Numbered from the stretch's first letter, positions 10,549 through 21,415 are shown. The stretch: 64,000 nt of DNA from an uncultured Verrucomicrobiae bacterium (GCA_963702845.1 OY969763.1:3360001-3424000), one strand, 5' to 3'. A program made the numbers and translations. The notes: generated from the sequence alone by a model not told the origin.

Positions 10549-11379
10549 GTGACGGATTTACTGGCTTACTGGAATTTGCGCGAAAGGCCCTTTGAAGCAA
10601 CATGGGACACGCGTTTCTATTTTCAAAGCCGCGATCATGACGAGGCGCTCAATCGGCTCGCGTATCTCGTCGCCGAACGCACGATGAATCTCGGTATGCT
10701 GACCGGTGAGGTCGGTTGTGGCAAGACGCTGACGCGCGCGGTGTTCACGGCGCGGCTGGACCCGAAACAGTTTGCCATGATCGTTCAGGATACGTCGGCT
10801 TTTCCATTCAAAGACTTACTTGGAGCCGTTTTAGGGACACTCGATCCGACCGGCGAGGGGACGACGAAATTTGCGCGGTGCGATCGGCTGGCCAAAGCGA
10901 CCAAGCGTTTGAACGATGAAGGTCGGCACCTTGTTCTTATCTTCGACGAGGCTCAGGAGATGTCGCCTGCGACGATGAACGATCTGAAGATGCTTACCAA
11001 TTTGAACGGTGGCGGGCAGAACTACTTGACGATCATACTGCTAGGTCAACCTGAGCTACGCAGTAAGGTCGTCAAGCTGCCCGCTATCGACCAACGTATC
11101 AGCCTGCGGTTTCACCTCAATCCGTTGAACGTCACGGAAGCCGGGGCTTACCTCGTGCATCGCCTGAAAATGGCGGGGCATTCGAGCGGCGATGTGTTCG
11201 CTCCGGATGCGGTGGCGCAATTGTTCAGCGCGTGTCACGGAGTTCCACGTGAACTAAATCGTCTGGCAAAACTCGCGCTGGAAGTGGCGTGGTTGAGGCA
11301 GATGCCCCTGGTCGGCGTTCCGGCCGTGGACACTGTCATCCGCGACTTGAGCCGGCACCAAAACCTCTGCGCTGCGTGA
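10549..11379 (+). CDS. ExeA/GspA-type AAA ATPase
   Basis: Walker A GEVGCGKT, Walker B LIFDEAQ, LLGQPEL and GVPRELN motifs. Confidence 0.9.
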   Translation: MTDLLAYWNLRERPFEATWDTRFYFQSRDHDEALNRLAYLVAERTMNLGMLTGEVGCGKTLTRAVFTARLDPKQFAMIVQDTSAFPFKDLLGAVLGTLDPTGEGTTKFARCDRLAKATKRLNDEGRHLVLIFDEAQEMSPATMNDLKMLTNLNGGGQNYLTIILLGQPELRSKVVKLPAIDQRISLRFHLNPLNVTEAGAYLVHRLKMAGHSSGDVFAPDAVAQLFSACHGVPRELNRLAKLALEVAWLRQMPLVGVPAVDTVIRDLSRHQNLCAA

Positions 11380-11444
11380 AATGAAAACTCCAAGCTCAGA
11401 ACCGGAGCGAATTTTAACAGTGCTGCCGTCAGCACGAGTAAACG

Positions 11445-11492
11445 GCCCTCCTCTCCCCAACCTCTCCTCTCCCAAAGGGAAGAGAGGGAGAA
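11445..11492. repeat. Intergenic palindrome of CCCTCTCC...GGAGAGGG type
   Basis: cctctcctctcccaaagggaagagaggg; a related copy lies at 58628-58656. Confidence 0.5.
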
Positions 11493-11522
11493 GAAAGAGC
11501 CGAGGCACCAATTTTAACCCCT

Positions 11523-14500
11523 ATGCCTGAGACCACAGAGCTAAGTATAAGTGAATTGCGGAAGAACCGCGGTGCGTCCGTTTTGTCTTCTGATCAGCCT
11601 GATGGCAAGTCCGATGCGCACGACAATGACAATGGCAATGGTTCGACGTTCGCCAGCCGCTCACGCGCTTCGGCACAAGCCCATCCGCTAGCCACGCGGC
11701 CCGCGACACAGACGCGTGCCTTGCAGCGGGCGACGCCGCTTGAGTTCGATACACAACCGGAAGGCGAAGCTCCAATGAATCTGCCGTTCGACCCGATGCG
11801 CGTGGTCGAAGCAGTCTTGCGGAATTGGTGGTTGTGTTTGCTCATAGCCATTGCATTTGGCGGCGGGGTTGGCGCGTTCATGTTTACGCGTCCGCACACG
11901 ATTGCGACGATAGAGCTTATCAAAAAGGATGCTCCGACACTGTTCCGCGCCACGGAAGGCGGAGAATCTTACAAACCGCCGCAATACGCGGATGGAACGC
12001 TGGTCAATTTGATGAAGTCCCCAGAGGTGGTTCGGCGCGTGAGCGCTCGCACGCCAATGGTGGTGGGCAAGATGATTTCAGGTGCGGAACTGGGCCGCCA
12101 GTTGTTGGCGAACCAGGAACCGCAAAGTGATTTGGTGCAACTGGCCTACAAAGGTGACGAGAACATGACCGTCGCGTCGAAGCTCGTCTATATATTTGGC
12201 GAAGAAATCGTGCAGTTCATGCGCGAGTTGCAGGCGCGTGAGGGCAATGACATTGCGACCTTCATCGGCAAGAAATTGGAAATTGTTGAGCGTGATCTGG
12301 CCGACAACGAAAAGCAACTTGCGTCAGTTCCACCGGAGTTACGCACGCTGGATTCTGATCAACAGCTGCAAGCGTATCTCAAACAGTTAACCGAGTTGGA
12401 CACGCAATATTCAATGGCTGAAATCGATGTGCGCGCCGCGAATCCGCTGCAGGAAAAGCTTCAAACTGAGAAGGACGCGTTGGTCGCGCTGCAGGCAAAA
12501 TACACGGATGAAAATCCATTAGTGCAGGACCAGATGGCCAAGATCAAAGCCATGGAGAAACAGGCGGATAATCAGAACAAAGGGCCAACTCCCAAGGGAT
12601 TCGATGGAAAAACAGCGCTCAGCAACTACGCGCCGAGCAAAGCGCTCCTCATGAAGCTGGAGCAAATCGACAAACTTCGCAAAGAGACGCAGAAGAAAAT
12701 CGACGCGCTTTCACACAACAACATGGGTTACGTCATCATCGAAAAACCGGCACACGGCGCTCGATCTAATGCGCACGATGTTGATGAGCCGGCAACGCGA
12801 GGCACAACTTTACGCGCAGGATGCGTTGGGCTTTTACCAAATTTTTCCAAAATCCGAACGCGCCAGTGATAAGCCTGATCTCAAAAAAGGAATCATGTTC
12901 ACTTTCGCGGCGGCGGTTTTTGGATTGTTCCTGACAGCGGGTTTAGTGATGGCGCGTGAAGTGTTCGACCCACACATAAAATCACAGGCTGATTTGGAGA
13001 GAATCAGCGGGCTGCCGGTGCTCGCGACGTTGGGCGACCTGTCCAAAATGTCGGATGATGACAAGAAACGTTGGGCGTTCCGCACATGGACGATCCTTAA
13101 AGGGAAAATTACCGAAACGCAGAATCATTCGTTAGTTTGCGGGCTGATTTCGGCGCGACATGGCGAGGGACGGACAACGTGGACGCAAATGCTTGCGCAG
13201 ACCGCGTTTCAACGTGGATTGCGAGTGCTGGTCGCCACGACCAAGCCAAGCGCGGAACCGGCAATGCATCCGCACGAAAAGGCGGAAAAACCCAACGCAG
13301 CCACAGACGCGGTGACAGGCACTGCGGTTGCGCCGAGCGTGCTCGCATTTCCATTTCAGGCAGCGCGTCAATTGAACGATCCGAACACCCATTCCATTGT
13401 GCAAATTCCGTTGCCGGGATGGGTCTGGAATCTGGAACGCCGCGAACAATGGCAAGCTGCCCTCGCGGAATGGCAGAATATCGAGAACCTCGTTTTCCTT
13501 GTCGAATTGCCGCCCGCCAACGAGCCGGAAGCAATTCTGCTCGCCGAAAATGTTCCGCAACTCATCTGGCTTTGCCAAAGTGGCAAGGTCACCGTCTCGG
13601 AAGTGCGCAGCCAGTTGGAAACGTTAAGGCATGCGGGATGCAATCTGGTTGGCGCAGTGTTGAACCATGAGCCGACTTCTTTCGTGCGCCGGCAAGTTCT
13701 CAAAATTCGCCATCATTCTGGCGTTGGGCTTCGCATTTCAAAACACCATGGCGAACGATGCGCCCAAGGGTCGAAAATCTGCGCGCCGATGCTCCCGCCC
13801 CATTCAGCGCCGGCAGCGCACTTTGTGGACAACAAATACCGTCGCCACACATCTACTACACGAACGCCCCTGCCCCACGCTCGCAGTGGCAGCAGCGGCT
13901 TACGCTCGGTCCTGGAGATGTTTTGAATCTCGGTTTCTTCGGAGAAACAAACCTCGCCAAATTCGACGTGGTTGTCGGCATGGACGGCCGCATCAGTTAT
14001 CTGCAAGCCCAAGGCGTGATGGCGGCAGGACTGACCATCGACGAACTGCGCAATCGTCTCAACGAGGACCTGAAAAAATATCTTCCGCACACCGCGCGTC
14101 ATCGTCAGCCCGGTGGCATACCATAGCAAAAAATATTACGTCCTCGGCAAAGTCGGCCAACGCGGCGTCTATGTTTTAGACAGGCCCATCACTATTCTCG
14201 AAGCCGTGTCACGCGCGCGCGGTCTCGAAACAGGAATCCTGAATCGCGACGCCGTTGACCTCGCCGACCTGCAGCACAGTTTTTTGGTTCGCAGCGGCAA
14301 ACGCGTTCCGATTGATTTCGAGCGATTATTTTTCCAAGGTGACTTTTCGCAGAACGCGTACCTCGAACCAGATGATTTCCTGTTCTTCCCACCGGCAGCC
14401 TTGCAGGAGGTTTACGTTTTGGGTGAGGTCCGCAATCCCGGCATTGTCGTGTGGAACCCGAAATTGACGGTTATTAAGGCTATTGCTGACCGAAGTGGAT

Positions 14501-14778
14501 TCAACGATCAAGGGTGGAAACATCACGTGCTGGTCGTGCGCGGATCGTTGCAGCATCCGGAAACGTTCATCGTCAATACCTGGGCCGCGCTCGACGCGCG
14601 CGAAGCTGATTTCAAACTCAAATCGCGCGACATCATCTATGTGGCGAGGCGACCGTGGGCTCGCGCCGAAGAGTTGTTGGACACTGCGTGCATTGCTTTT
14701 CTACAATCGGCGGTGACCGAGTGGTCTGGAGCAAACATTGGGCCGATCATTGGCAAACCATTCGTCCCCAGCCTATGA
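11523..14778 (+). CDS. Wzc/GumC-like chain-length regulator with degenerate kinase, followed by (possibly fused to) a Wza-like poly_export/SLBB region; frameshifted
   Basis: Consecutive ORFs 11523-12869, 12769-13926, 13667-, 13758-14126, 14113-14778 read as: TM, coiled coil (YTDENPLV), TM, ISARHGEGRTT, GAVLN, hydrophobic stretch, LTLGPGD, YVLGKV/YVLGEV; shifts near 12741, 13690, 13770, 14095. Confidence 0.7.
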
Positions 14779-16001
14779 AGACCTCTATCGGAATGCTGAC
14801 TCTAGTCCGCTTCAACATCAAACCATTCAAGCCATGCTTGAATCGAAGTGGACTAAAGTCCGCGCTCCGTGGCATCGGTCTCTTAGCGGTATTCGTTCTT
14901 TTGACCGGCTGCCAATACCCCGGACCACGTAAATTTGATCCCACTATTCCGCCCGCCGCACTGACGTCTGACCAAATCGACATGACCGGCTTCACCACCA
15001 AGCTCGATCCAGGTTTGCTCAAGTTGCCGGACCAGCCCTTCACTCTCGGCCCTGGCGACAAGATCGAAGTGGATGTCATAGGTGAACCGGGCACTGCCGC
15101 CCTGCTCACCGTCGGCCCCGACGGAAGAATATATTATGGAATGTTAGCGGGCCTGGATGTTTGGGGCCTGACGATGGCGCAGACGCAGGAGCTTCTTCAA
15201 AAAGAACTCGGTCGCTACGTCCGCGGGAAAATAGATGTCGAAATTGTTTTGCGTGAAGTGGAAAGCAAAAAAGTCTGGATGCTTGGCCGAGTCGCGGCGC
15301 CCGGCGTCTATTCGATGAGCAATTCGATCACATTGATGGAAGCGATTTTTAACGCCGGCGGCCCGCTTAATCTTTTAGGTGCCACCGGCAGCGGAGGCAC
15401 ACGAGATATTAACACAATCGGCGTGAATGAAGACCTGGTGGATTACAAACATAGTTTTGTCCTGCGTGATCGACACATGCTGCCCGTAGACATCGGCCGA
15501 CTCGTTAAAGGCGATATGTCGCAGAATATATATATGCATCCGGACGACTACGTCTACCTAGCGCCGGGCTATTCCCAGGAAGTCCACATATTTGGAGCCG
15601 TAGGTGCGCCGCGAACGTTACCCTACCGCCCGGGTCTGACACTGCTTGCCGCCATCTCTGATTCTGGCGGCGCGTGGAACCGAGATGCCTACTTGCGCCA
15701 GGTCGCGATTATTCGCGGATCGCTTCATGCGCCGGAGATTGCCTTGATAGATCTTAACAAAATTCAGAGAGGCGAAGCGCCTAATGTATATTTAGCCCCC
15801 GGAGACATAGTGTACGTCCCTCAGACGCCATATAAGAAATTCAAACAGTATTGGGACATTGCGACTTCGACCTTCGTTGGGGCGGTGGCTATCAACGAAG
15901 GGGCTAATTCCGTATTATCGCACCAAGCCCAGCCAACGGGCGTTTTTATCCCTTTGGGCAGTGGCATTACCATTACGCCCCCTCCGCCTGTGCTTAAGTA
16001 G
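14775..16001 (+). CDS. Polysaccharide export lipoprotein (Wza/SLBB family)
   Basis: ATG overlaps the upstream TGA (ATGA); lipobox LLTGC; LGPGDKI, GRVAAPG and GAVGAP SLBB motifs. Confidence 0.85.
   Translation: MKTSIGMLTLVRFNIKPFKPCLNRSGLKSALRGIGLLAVFVLLTGCQYPGPRKFDPTIPPAALTSDQIDMTGFTTKLDPGLLKLPDQPFTLGPGDKIEVDVIGEPGTAALLTVGPDGRIYYGMLAGLDVWGLTMAQTQELLQKELGRYVRGKIDVEIVLREVESKKVWMLGRVAAPGVYSMSNSITLMEAIFNAGGPLNLLGATGSGGTRDINTIGVNEDLVDYKHSFVLRDRHMLPVDIGRLVKGDMSQNIYMHPDDYVYLAPGYSQEVHIFGAVGAPRTLPYRPGLTLLAAISDSGGAWNRDAYLRQVAIIRGSLHAPEIALIDLNKIQRGEAPNVYLAPGDIVYVPQTPYKKFKQYWDIATSTFVGAVAINEGANSVLSHQAQPTGVFIPLGSGITITPPPPVLK
14789..14869. repeat. REP-like inverted-repeat doublet inside the 5' end of the Wza-like ORF
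   Basis: 25-nt arms 14789-14813 and 14845-14869 pair at 20/25 positions; inner hairpin attcaagc-cat-gcttgaat. Confidence 0.65.
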
Positions 16002-16120
16002 TTTCGGGCTTTCAGACTTGAGAAACGTCGGATCAGGGGAATAGCCTACCATCCCTCGTATTTCCCCTGAGGCGACCCCCATTTGTAGTGTTGAACTATG
16101 GTTTTTCTTAAGATAGAACA

Positions 16121-16136
16121 TGGCACAGGGGTTGCT
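16121..16136 (+). promoter_or_regulatory. Sigma54 (-24/-12) promoter of the pilin gene
   Basis: TGGCAC-AGGGG-TTGCT matches TGGCAC-N5-TTGC(A/T), about 105 bp upstream of the ATG. Confidence 0.85.
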
Positions 16137-16240
16137 AAACCATAAGTGCGGTTCGTCAGAGGCAATAGAGTGAACGAATGTATTAATAATAACACGCCTC
16201 TGACACGTTCACTACCGCATAGAAAAGAAAGATAAATACT

Positions 16241-16630
16241 ATGCAAATGAAAACCAGCCGCAAATCGGGCTTCACCCTCGTTGAAATCATGATCGTTGTT
16301 GCGATCATCGGTCTGTTGGCCGCTATCGCGATCCCGAACTTCGTTCGTGCTCGCCAAACCTCCCAAACCAATGCTTGCATCAACAACCTGCGCTTGATCG
16401 ACGGTGCGAAGCAGCAATGGGCTTTGGAAAGCAAGAAGACCTCGACGGACTCCCCAGTTGATACCGACCTTCAGTCGTATCTCGGCCGCGGTACTGCTGG
16501 CCAATTGCCTTCCTGCCCACTGGAAAGCAACATCGACCCGGTAGTCGCCTTTAATGCCTCTTATACGATCGGCAGCGTGGGTATCTCCCCTGTCTGCAAA
16601 AAGGACGCGACGAACCACTTGCTCCCGTAA
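16241..16630 (+). CDS. Type IV pilin-like protein (probable major pilin)
   Basis: SG|FTLVEIMIVVAIIGLLAAIAIPNF class III signal peptide; 129 aa; own promoter and terminator. Confidence 0.9.
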   Translation: MQMKTSRKSGFTLVEIMIVVAIIGLLAAIAIPNFVRARQTSQTNACINNLRLIDGAKQQWALESKKTSTDSPVDTDLQSYLGRGTAGQLPSCPLESNIDPVVAFNASYTIGSVGISPVCKKDATNHLLP

Positions 16631-16663
16631 TGATATCTTAGTGAGTTAAAAGCTCACACCGCG

Positions 16664-16693
16664 AGACCCAGGAGAAATCCTGGGTCTTTTTTT
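16664..16693 (+). terminator. Rho-independent terminator
   Basis: AGACCCAGGA-GAAA-TCCTGGGTCT followed by a T run. Confidence 0.9.
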
Positions 16694-16746
16694 GTTTTTA
16701 ACGGGCCTTGAACTTTGAACGTTAACCCGTAAACTTTCTCCCGGTG

Positions 16747-16833
16747 GCCGATGTGGCGGAATTGGCAGACGCGCCAGACTCAAAATCTGGTACTCGTGAG
16801 AGTGTGTGGGTTCGACCCCCTCCGTCGGCACCA
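16747..16833 (+). tRNA. tRNA-Leu(CAA)
   Basis: GCCGATG...CGTCGGC acceptor stem, anticodon arm CCAGA-CTCAAAA-TCTGG, long variable arm, GGTTCGAC, encoded CCA. Confidence 0.97.
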
Positions 16834-16931
16834 CCTAACCGTTAATCTTTCTCCAGTTTTCAGCGGGGATGTCCCAAAAGTGGCATGTGAGAGTAAAAAC
16901 TGTGCGAAGGCACCCGTTTCCGAAACATAGT

Positions 16932-18248
16932 TTACGTTTTCGCTCGTGCACGTAGTCTTGCAAGTCGTTGAGTAAGGACTTCAACATCATGCAACGTAAT
17001 TGTCTGCTCGATTTCTCTGCCAAATATCAGATCCAGCGTCCAATCCATCATGACTCGCAATTTTTTCGACCACCTTGGCAGCTTGGCGAGATAGACGGTT
17101 CTCCAGAAAAACCACGCGATAAATCCCGAAAACTTAAATCCGAAAACCATTGCGACTCCCGTACGCCGCCCGATGGTCGCGAGTTGTCCCTGTGTTCGGT
17201 AAACGAATGCTTTAAGTGGGCGACCGAGAACTGTCGCTTCAATATTGCGTGCTGCGGCCAGAGCTTCGCGCAAGCCGTGTTGAGCGGTTGGTGGGAAAAA
17301 CTTGCCAGTTTTAACGTCCGGGACCGCCGCTGCATCGCCAGCGGCCCACATGCCGGGAAATTCCGCCACGGCCAAAAACTCGTTCACCAAAATGCGGCCT
17401 TTTTCTTTTCGGCAAGGAAATGAATCGATGACCGGGCTCGGTCTCACGCCAGCGGTCCATAAAAGCGTTTGGGCGGGAATTTCCAGTCCGTTATTAAGCG
17501 TAACCACATATCCGTCGTAGGCCGAAACGCGCGTGTGCTTTATCACGTCGACTTTGCGCTCGCGCAATTTCTTTTCGGCATAGTTGCCGAGTTCCTCGCC
17601 CAATTCCGGCAGCAAAAAACTGTCGGGATGCACGACGATGATTCGAACGCTGTCCTCGCTCAGTTCGGGGTAATAGCGCAACGCATCGCGGACGTAGTCG
17701 TTTAGCGAACCCGTGGTTTCGACTCCAGCAAAACCGCCGCCAGCCGTAACGAACGTGAGCAACCGCTGACGCACAGCCGGATTGGTCCGCAAACTCGCCT
17801 GTTCCAAAAGGGCCACGATGCGATTACGGAGAAACGCAGCGTCGTTCAACGTTTTGATGGTCACGGCCCAATCGCTCACGCCAGGAAGATCAAAGAACTT
17901 TGTTTCGGAACCCAGCGCGAGCAGCACGTGATCGTAATCCAGGTTAAATTCAACAGGTTCCACTCCCGATACGCACTTAACGAATTTCTCTTTGCGATCG
18001 ATCGATTGCACCTCGGCTTCGACAAATCTGACATGGCGAAGAACGCGTCTAATCGGGTTGATGATGTCGCCGGCGGAAAGTTCTCCAGATGCGACCTCAT
18101 GCAGCATCGGCGTGAAGAGCGTGAAATTCTCACGGCTGACAAGCGTCACCTCGATATCATTTCGTCGAGCCAAGCCTTTATCGAAATGTATCGCCGCACG
18201 AAGGCCGGCGAAACCTCCCCCAACAATGACAATTTTCGTCGTCTTCAT
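16932..18248 (-). CDS. ndh: Type II NADH dehydrogenase family FAD oxidoreductase
   Basis: IVGGGFAG, FTPMLHEVASG, GGGFAGVE, WTAGV, GDAA and PPTAQHG motifs; start set at MKTTK. Confidence 0.85.
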   Translation of the reverse strand: MKTTKIVIVGGGFAGLRAAIHFDKGLARRNDIEVTLVSRENFTLFTPMLHEVASGELSAGDIINPIRRVLRHVRFVEAEVQSIDRKEKFVKCVSGVEPVEFNLDYDHVLLALGSETKFFDLPGVSDWAVTIKTLNDAAFLRNRIVALLEQASLRTNPAVRQRLLTFVTAGGGFAGVETTGSLNDYVRDALRYYPELSEDSVRIIVVHPDSFLLPELGEELGNYAEKKLRERKVDVIKHTRVSAYDGYVVTLNNGLEIPAQTLLWTAGVRPSPVIDSFPCRKEKGRILVNEFLAVAEFPGMWAAGDAAAVPDVKTGKFFPPTAQHGLREALAAARNIEATVLGRPLKAFVYRTQGQLATIGRRTGVAMVFGFKFSGFIAWFFWRTVYLAKLPRWSKKLRVMMDWTLDLIFGREIEQTITLHDVEVLTQRLARLRARAKT

Positions 18249-18370
18249 TCCCCTCCCTATAACAATCACCCGTGCAGGCGGACGGGTCAAATGACCGTCC
18301 ATAGCGATAACTCATACCCAGCTGTAACCGCAGCTTCCACTCGTAGCGTCTCTTGCGTATAACAACTTAA

Positions 18371-20461
18371 ATGCACCGCATTCATTTCTCTACAGGCAGG
18401 CTTACACTCGCGTTTTTTCTGAGCGCTGTCCTCGCGGTAAATGCTCAAGCGCAGGCCACAACCATCAAACCAAACATCATTTTCATTTTGACCGACGACC
18501 TGGGATTCGGTGATCTCGGCACTTTCTTTCAGCATTTTCGAAAAGAACAGAACGACCGATCCAAGCCGTGGCAGAACACTCCGAACCTCGACAGGATGGC
18601 TGACGAAGGACTCAAGCTGACTGACCATTACTGCCCTGCCCCGGTGTGCGCACCGTCACGTGCGTCGCTGATGCTGGGCGTCCATCAAGGGCACGCGAAT
18701 GTGCGCGATAATCAGTTCGACAAAGCATTGGAAAATAATCACACGCTCGCGACAGTGATGAAAGCCGCGGGGTACAAAACAGCGGCGATCGGCAAATGGG
18801 GGTTGCAAGGTAAAGGCAAAGATCCGACTTCATGGGCGGCGTACCCGACAAAGCGAGGGTTCGATTACTATTTCGGATATGTCCGACACAGTGACGGTCA
18901 CGAACATTATCCAAAAGAAGGTCTTTACCAAAAGCCGAAACAAGTTTGGGACAATGACCACGAAATTTCGGCAGAACTGGACAAATGTTATACGGCGGAT
19001 TTGTGGGCCGCACGCGCGAAGAAATGGATTGTGGATGAACAAACCACAAATGCTGCACAGCCTTTCTTTGCCTATCTCGCGTTTGACACTCCGCACGCGG
19101 TCATTGAACTGCCTACGCAAGCGTATCCTTCCGGCAGCGGTGCAAAAGGCGGTTTGCAGTGGCTCGGCAAAAGCGGGCACATGATTAATACAGCAAGCGG
19201 GACGATCGATTCGTGGATTCATCCCGATTACGCGAATGCAACCTGGGACAATGACAACAATCCAAAAACGCCAGAGGTGGCGTGGCCTAATGTCTGCAAG
19301 CGTTACGCGACGGCTGTCCGGCGAGTTGATGATTGTGTCGGTGACGTTCTCCAACTGTTGCGTGATTTACATTTGGAGACGAATACCTTGGTTGTTTTCA
19401 GTTCCGATAATGGACCGTCAAAGGAATCGTATTTAACAGCGCCGTATGCGCCGACGTTCTTCAACAGCTTCGGGCCGTTCGATGGAATTAAACGCGATTT
19501 GTGGGAAGGCGGATTTCGCGTGCCGACGATTGTGTGGTGGCCTGGAAAGATCAAAGCCGGCACGACTTCGTCTCACCCGACCCAATCGCACGATTGGATG
19601 CCGACGTTTGCGGAAGTGGCTGGAGTTCCGGCACCAGCGCGTAGCGATGGCGTTTCGCTCTTGCCTTTGCTAACGGGCAACGGCGAGCAGCGCGATTCGA
19701 TCATCTATTCTGAATATTTCCACAACGCCAAAACGCCCGACTACTCACAATTTTCAGCGGCGCATCGTGGACGGGCCCGGCAGCAGATGCAGGCCATTCG
19801 CATCGGAGATTTTCAAGGCGTTCGCTACAATGTGCAGTCGCATTCCGACAATTTCGAAATCTACGACGTTGCCCATGATAAAGGCGAACGGATCAACGTG
19901 GGGGAGAGTGCCGAATATGCACGGCTACAGCAACAGATGAAGGACGCGGTTTTGCAATTGCGCCGGCCTGATGCTGAAGCAGCACGTCCTTACGACAAGG
20001 AGTTCGTACCTGCGGCAGATCCGCATGACGCCAAGCCAGGTGTCCAATGGTCCGCTTATGAAGGTCGATTTCCCTGGGTGCCACAATTTGCCGGGTTGCA
20101 CGTGACAAAGAACGGAATCGCCGCGCAGCCAACGACCGACGTTCGCACGCGAAACAACGACGTTGGCTTGCTTTTCACCGGGCTCATCAACGTTCCCTCC
20201 GATGGTAATTACACCTTTTATTTAGATGCGGACACCGCTGCACTTCTACGTATTCATGAGGCGACGGTGGTTGATGCGGATTTTGGTTACAAAGGTGGAG
20301 TGGAAAAGTCCGGCACAATTCGTTTGAAAGCGGGCAAACATTCTTTTCGTCTTTCTTACGCAAAACAAAGCAAAGGTGAGCCGTCGTTGAAAATGTCGTG
20401 GAGCGGACCGGGTTTTGAAAAACAAGTTGTGCCGGAGAAGGCTTACTTTCACAGCAATTAA
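18371..20461 (+). CDS. Secreted formylglycine-dependent sulfatase with C-terminal PA14-like domain
   Basis: PNIIFILTDDLG, CAPSR, GKWG, FSSDNG, EGGFRVP; C-terminal GNYTFYL...LKAGKH...SWSGPG. Confidence 0.9.
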   Translation: MHRIHFSTGRLTLAFFLSAVLAVNAQAQATTIKPNIIFILTDDLGFGDLGTFFQHFRKEQNDRSKPWQNTPNLDRMADEGLKLTDHYCPAPVCAPSRASLMLGVHQGHANVRDNQFDKALENNHTLATVMKAAGYKTAAIGKWGLQGKGKDPTSWAAYPTKRGFDYYFGYVRHSDGHEHYPKEGLYQKPKQVWDNDHEISAELDKCYTADLWAARAKKWIVDEQTTNAAQPFFAYLAFDTPHAVIELPTQAYPSGSGAKGGLQWLGKSGHMINTASGTIDSWIHPDYANATWDNDNNPKTPEVAWPNVCKRYATAVRRVDDCVGDVLQLLRDLHLETNTLVVFSSDNGPSKESYLTAPYAPTFFNSFGPFDGIKRDLWEGGFRVPTIVWWPGKIKAGTTSSHPTQSHDWMPTFAEVAGVPAPARSDGVSLLPLLTGNGEQRDSIIYSEYFHNAKTPDYSQFSAAHRGRARQQMQAIRIGDFQGVRYNVQSHSDNFEIYDVAHDKGERINVGESAEYARLQQQMKDAVLQLRRPDAEAARPYDKEFVPAADPHDAKPGVQWSAYEGRFPWVPQFAGLHVTKNGIAAQPTTDVRTRNNDVGLLFTGLINVPSDGNYTFYLDADTAALLRIHEATVVDADFGYKGGVEKSGTIRLKAGKHSFRLSYAKQSKGEPSLKMSWSGPGFEKQVVPEKAYFHSN

Positions 20462-20591
20462 AGCAATCTCACTTCGGGTTTGTCGCTCCTCTTCAGTTAA
20501 GATTTCCGCCGAAAACAACAAACCGGCAAAATGACGAGTTCGCAACACGCTCTCGACATTTCTCCACGAAGCGCTAATGTCGCGCCGCTGC

Positions 20592-21413
20592 ATGAATCTG
20601 GAAGACAATATTGGTGACATCATTCGTAAAGGCCGGTTGGCATCGAACGCAACTGCTGCGACTGCGACCGCAGCGGCAGGCCTTTCCGAAGCGGAATTGG
20701 CCGCGATCGAGGAATCCGGCCAGATCACAAAACAACCCAACTGGGCCGCGCTTGGCAAAGCTATTGGCCTCGACGCCATTAAGCTTCAGCGCATCGCCGG
20801 AGGTTGGAAACCCAGCGGCATCGATATTTCTGTTTGGCGCGAATTGCGTCAGATTACCACGGCTGGCAACGGCATAACCGTTAATTGCTATCTCGTTTGG
20901 GATGAAGTTAACCGCGAGGCCGCCCTCTTCGACACCGGATTTGACGCCGCGCCCATCTTTCAACTCATCGACGAGAATGGCTTGAACCTGCGCCATCTCT
21001 TCATCACGCATTTGCATGAGGATCACGTTGCCGCGATGGAACCGATTCGGCAGAAATATCCAAAAATTCATTTGCACGTGAACTCGAAAACCGTGCCGCC
21101 ACAACATCGCACGCGAGCGAATGACTTCCTGCACCTCGGCAGTTTGCGAATGACCAATCGCGAAACACCGGGGCACGCCGAAGAAGGTGTTACCTTTATC
21201 GTTGGAACCTGGCCCGAAGACGCACCGCACGTCGCAATCGTTGGCGATGCCATTTTCGCCGGATCGATGGGCAGCGGCAAAGAACACTGGGATTTGGCGA
21301 AACAAAAGGTTCGCGAACAAATCCTATCTCTACCGCCAGAGACTTTGATTTGCCCCGGTCATGGGCCAATGACAACCGTTGCACAGGAAAAGGAAAACAA
21401 CCCGTTTTTTTGA
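20592..21413 (+). CDS. MBL-fold metallo-hydrolase with N-terminal HTH-like segment
   Basis: THLHEDH, TPGH, GDAIF and PGHGP motifs. Confidence 0.85.
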   Translation: MNLEDNIGDIIRKGRLASNATAATATAAAGLSEAELAAIEESGQITKQPNWAALGKAIGLDAIKLQRIAGGWKPSGIDISVWRELRQITTAGNGITVNCYLVWDEVNREAALFDTGFDAAPIFQLIDENGLNLRHLFITHLHEDHVAAMEPIRQKYPKIHLHVNSKTVPPQHRTRANDFLHLGSLRMTNRETPGHAEEGVTFIVGTWPEDAPHVAIVGDAIFAGSMGSGKEHWDLAKQKVREQILSLPPETLICPGHGPMTTVAQEKENNPFF

Positions 21414-21415
21414 GC

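Noticed and set aside
16241..16630. Conductive e-pilin linked to the cytochrome island
   Set aside because: The mature pilin is about 120 aa with few aromatic residues and lies 33 kb away
16747..16833. Genomic island integrated at tRNA-Leu
   Set aside because: No integrase, and I saw no duplicated tRNA 3' end in the window
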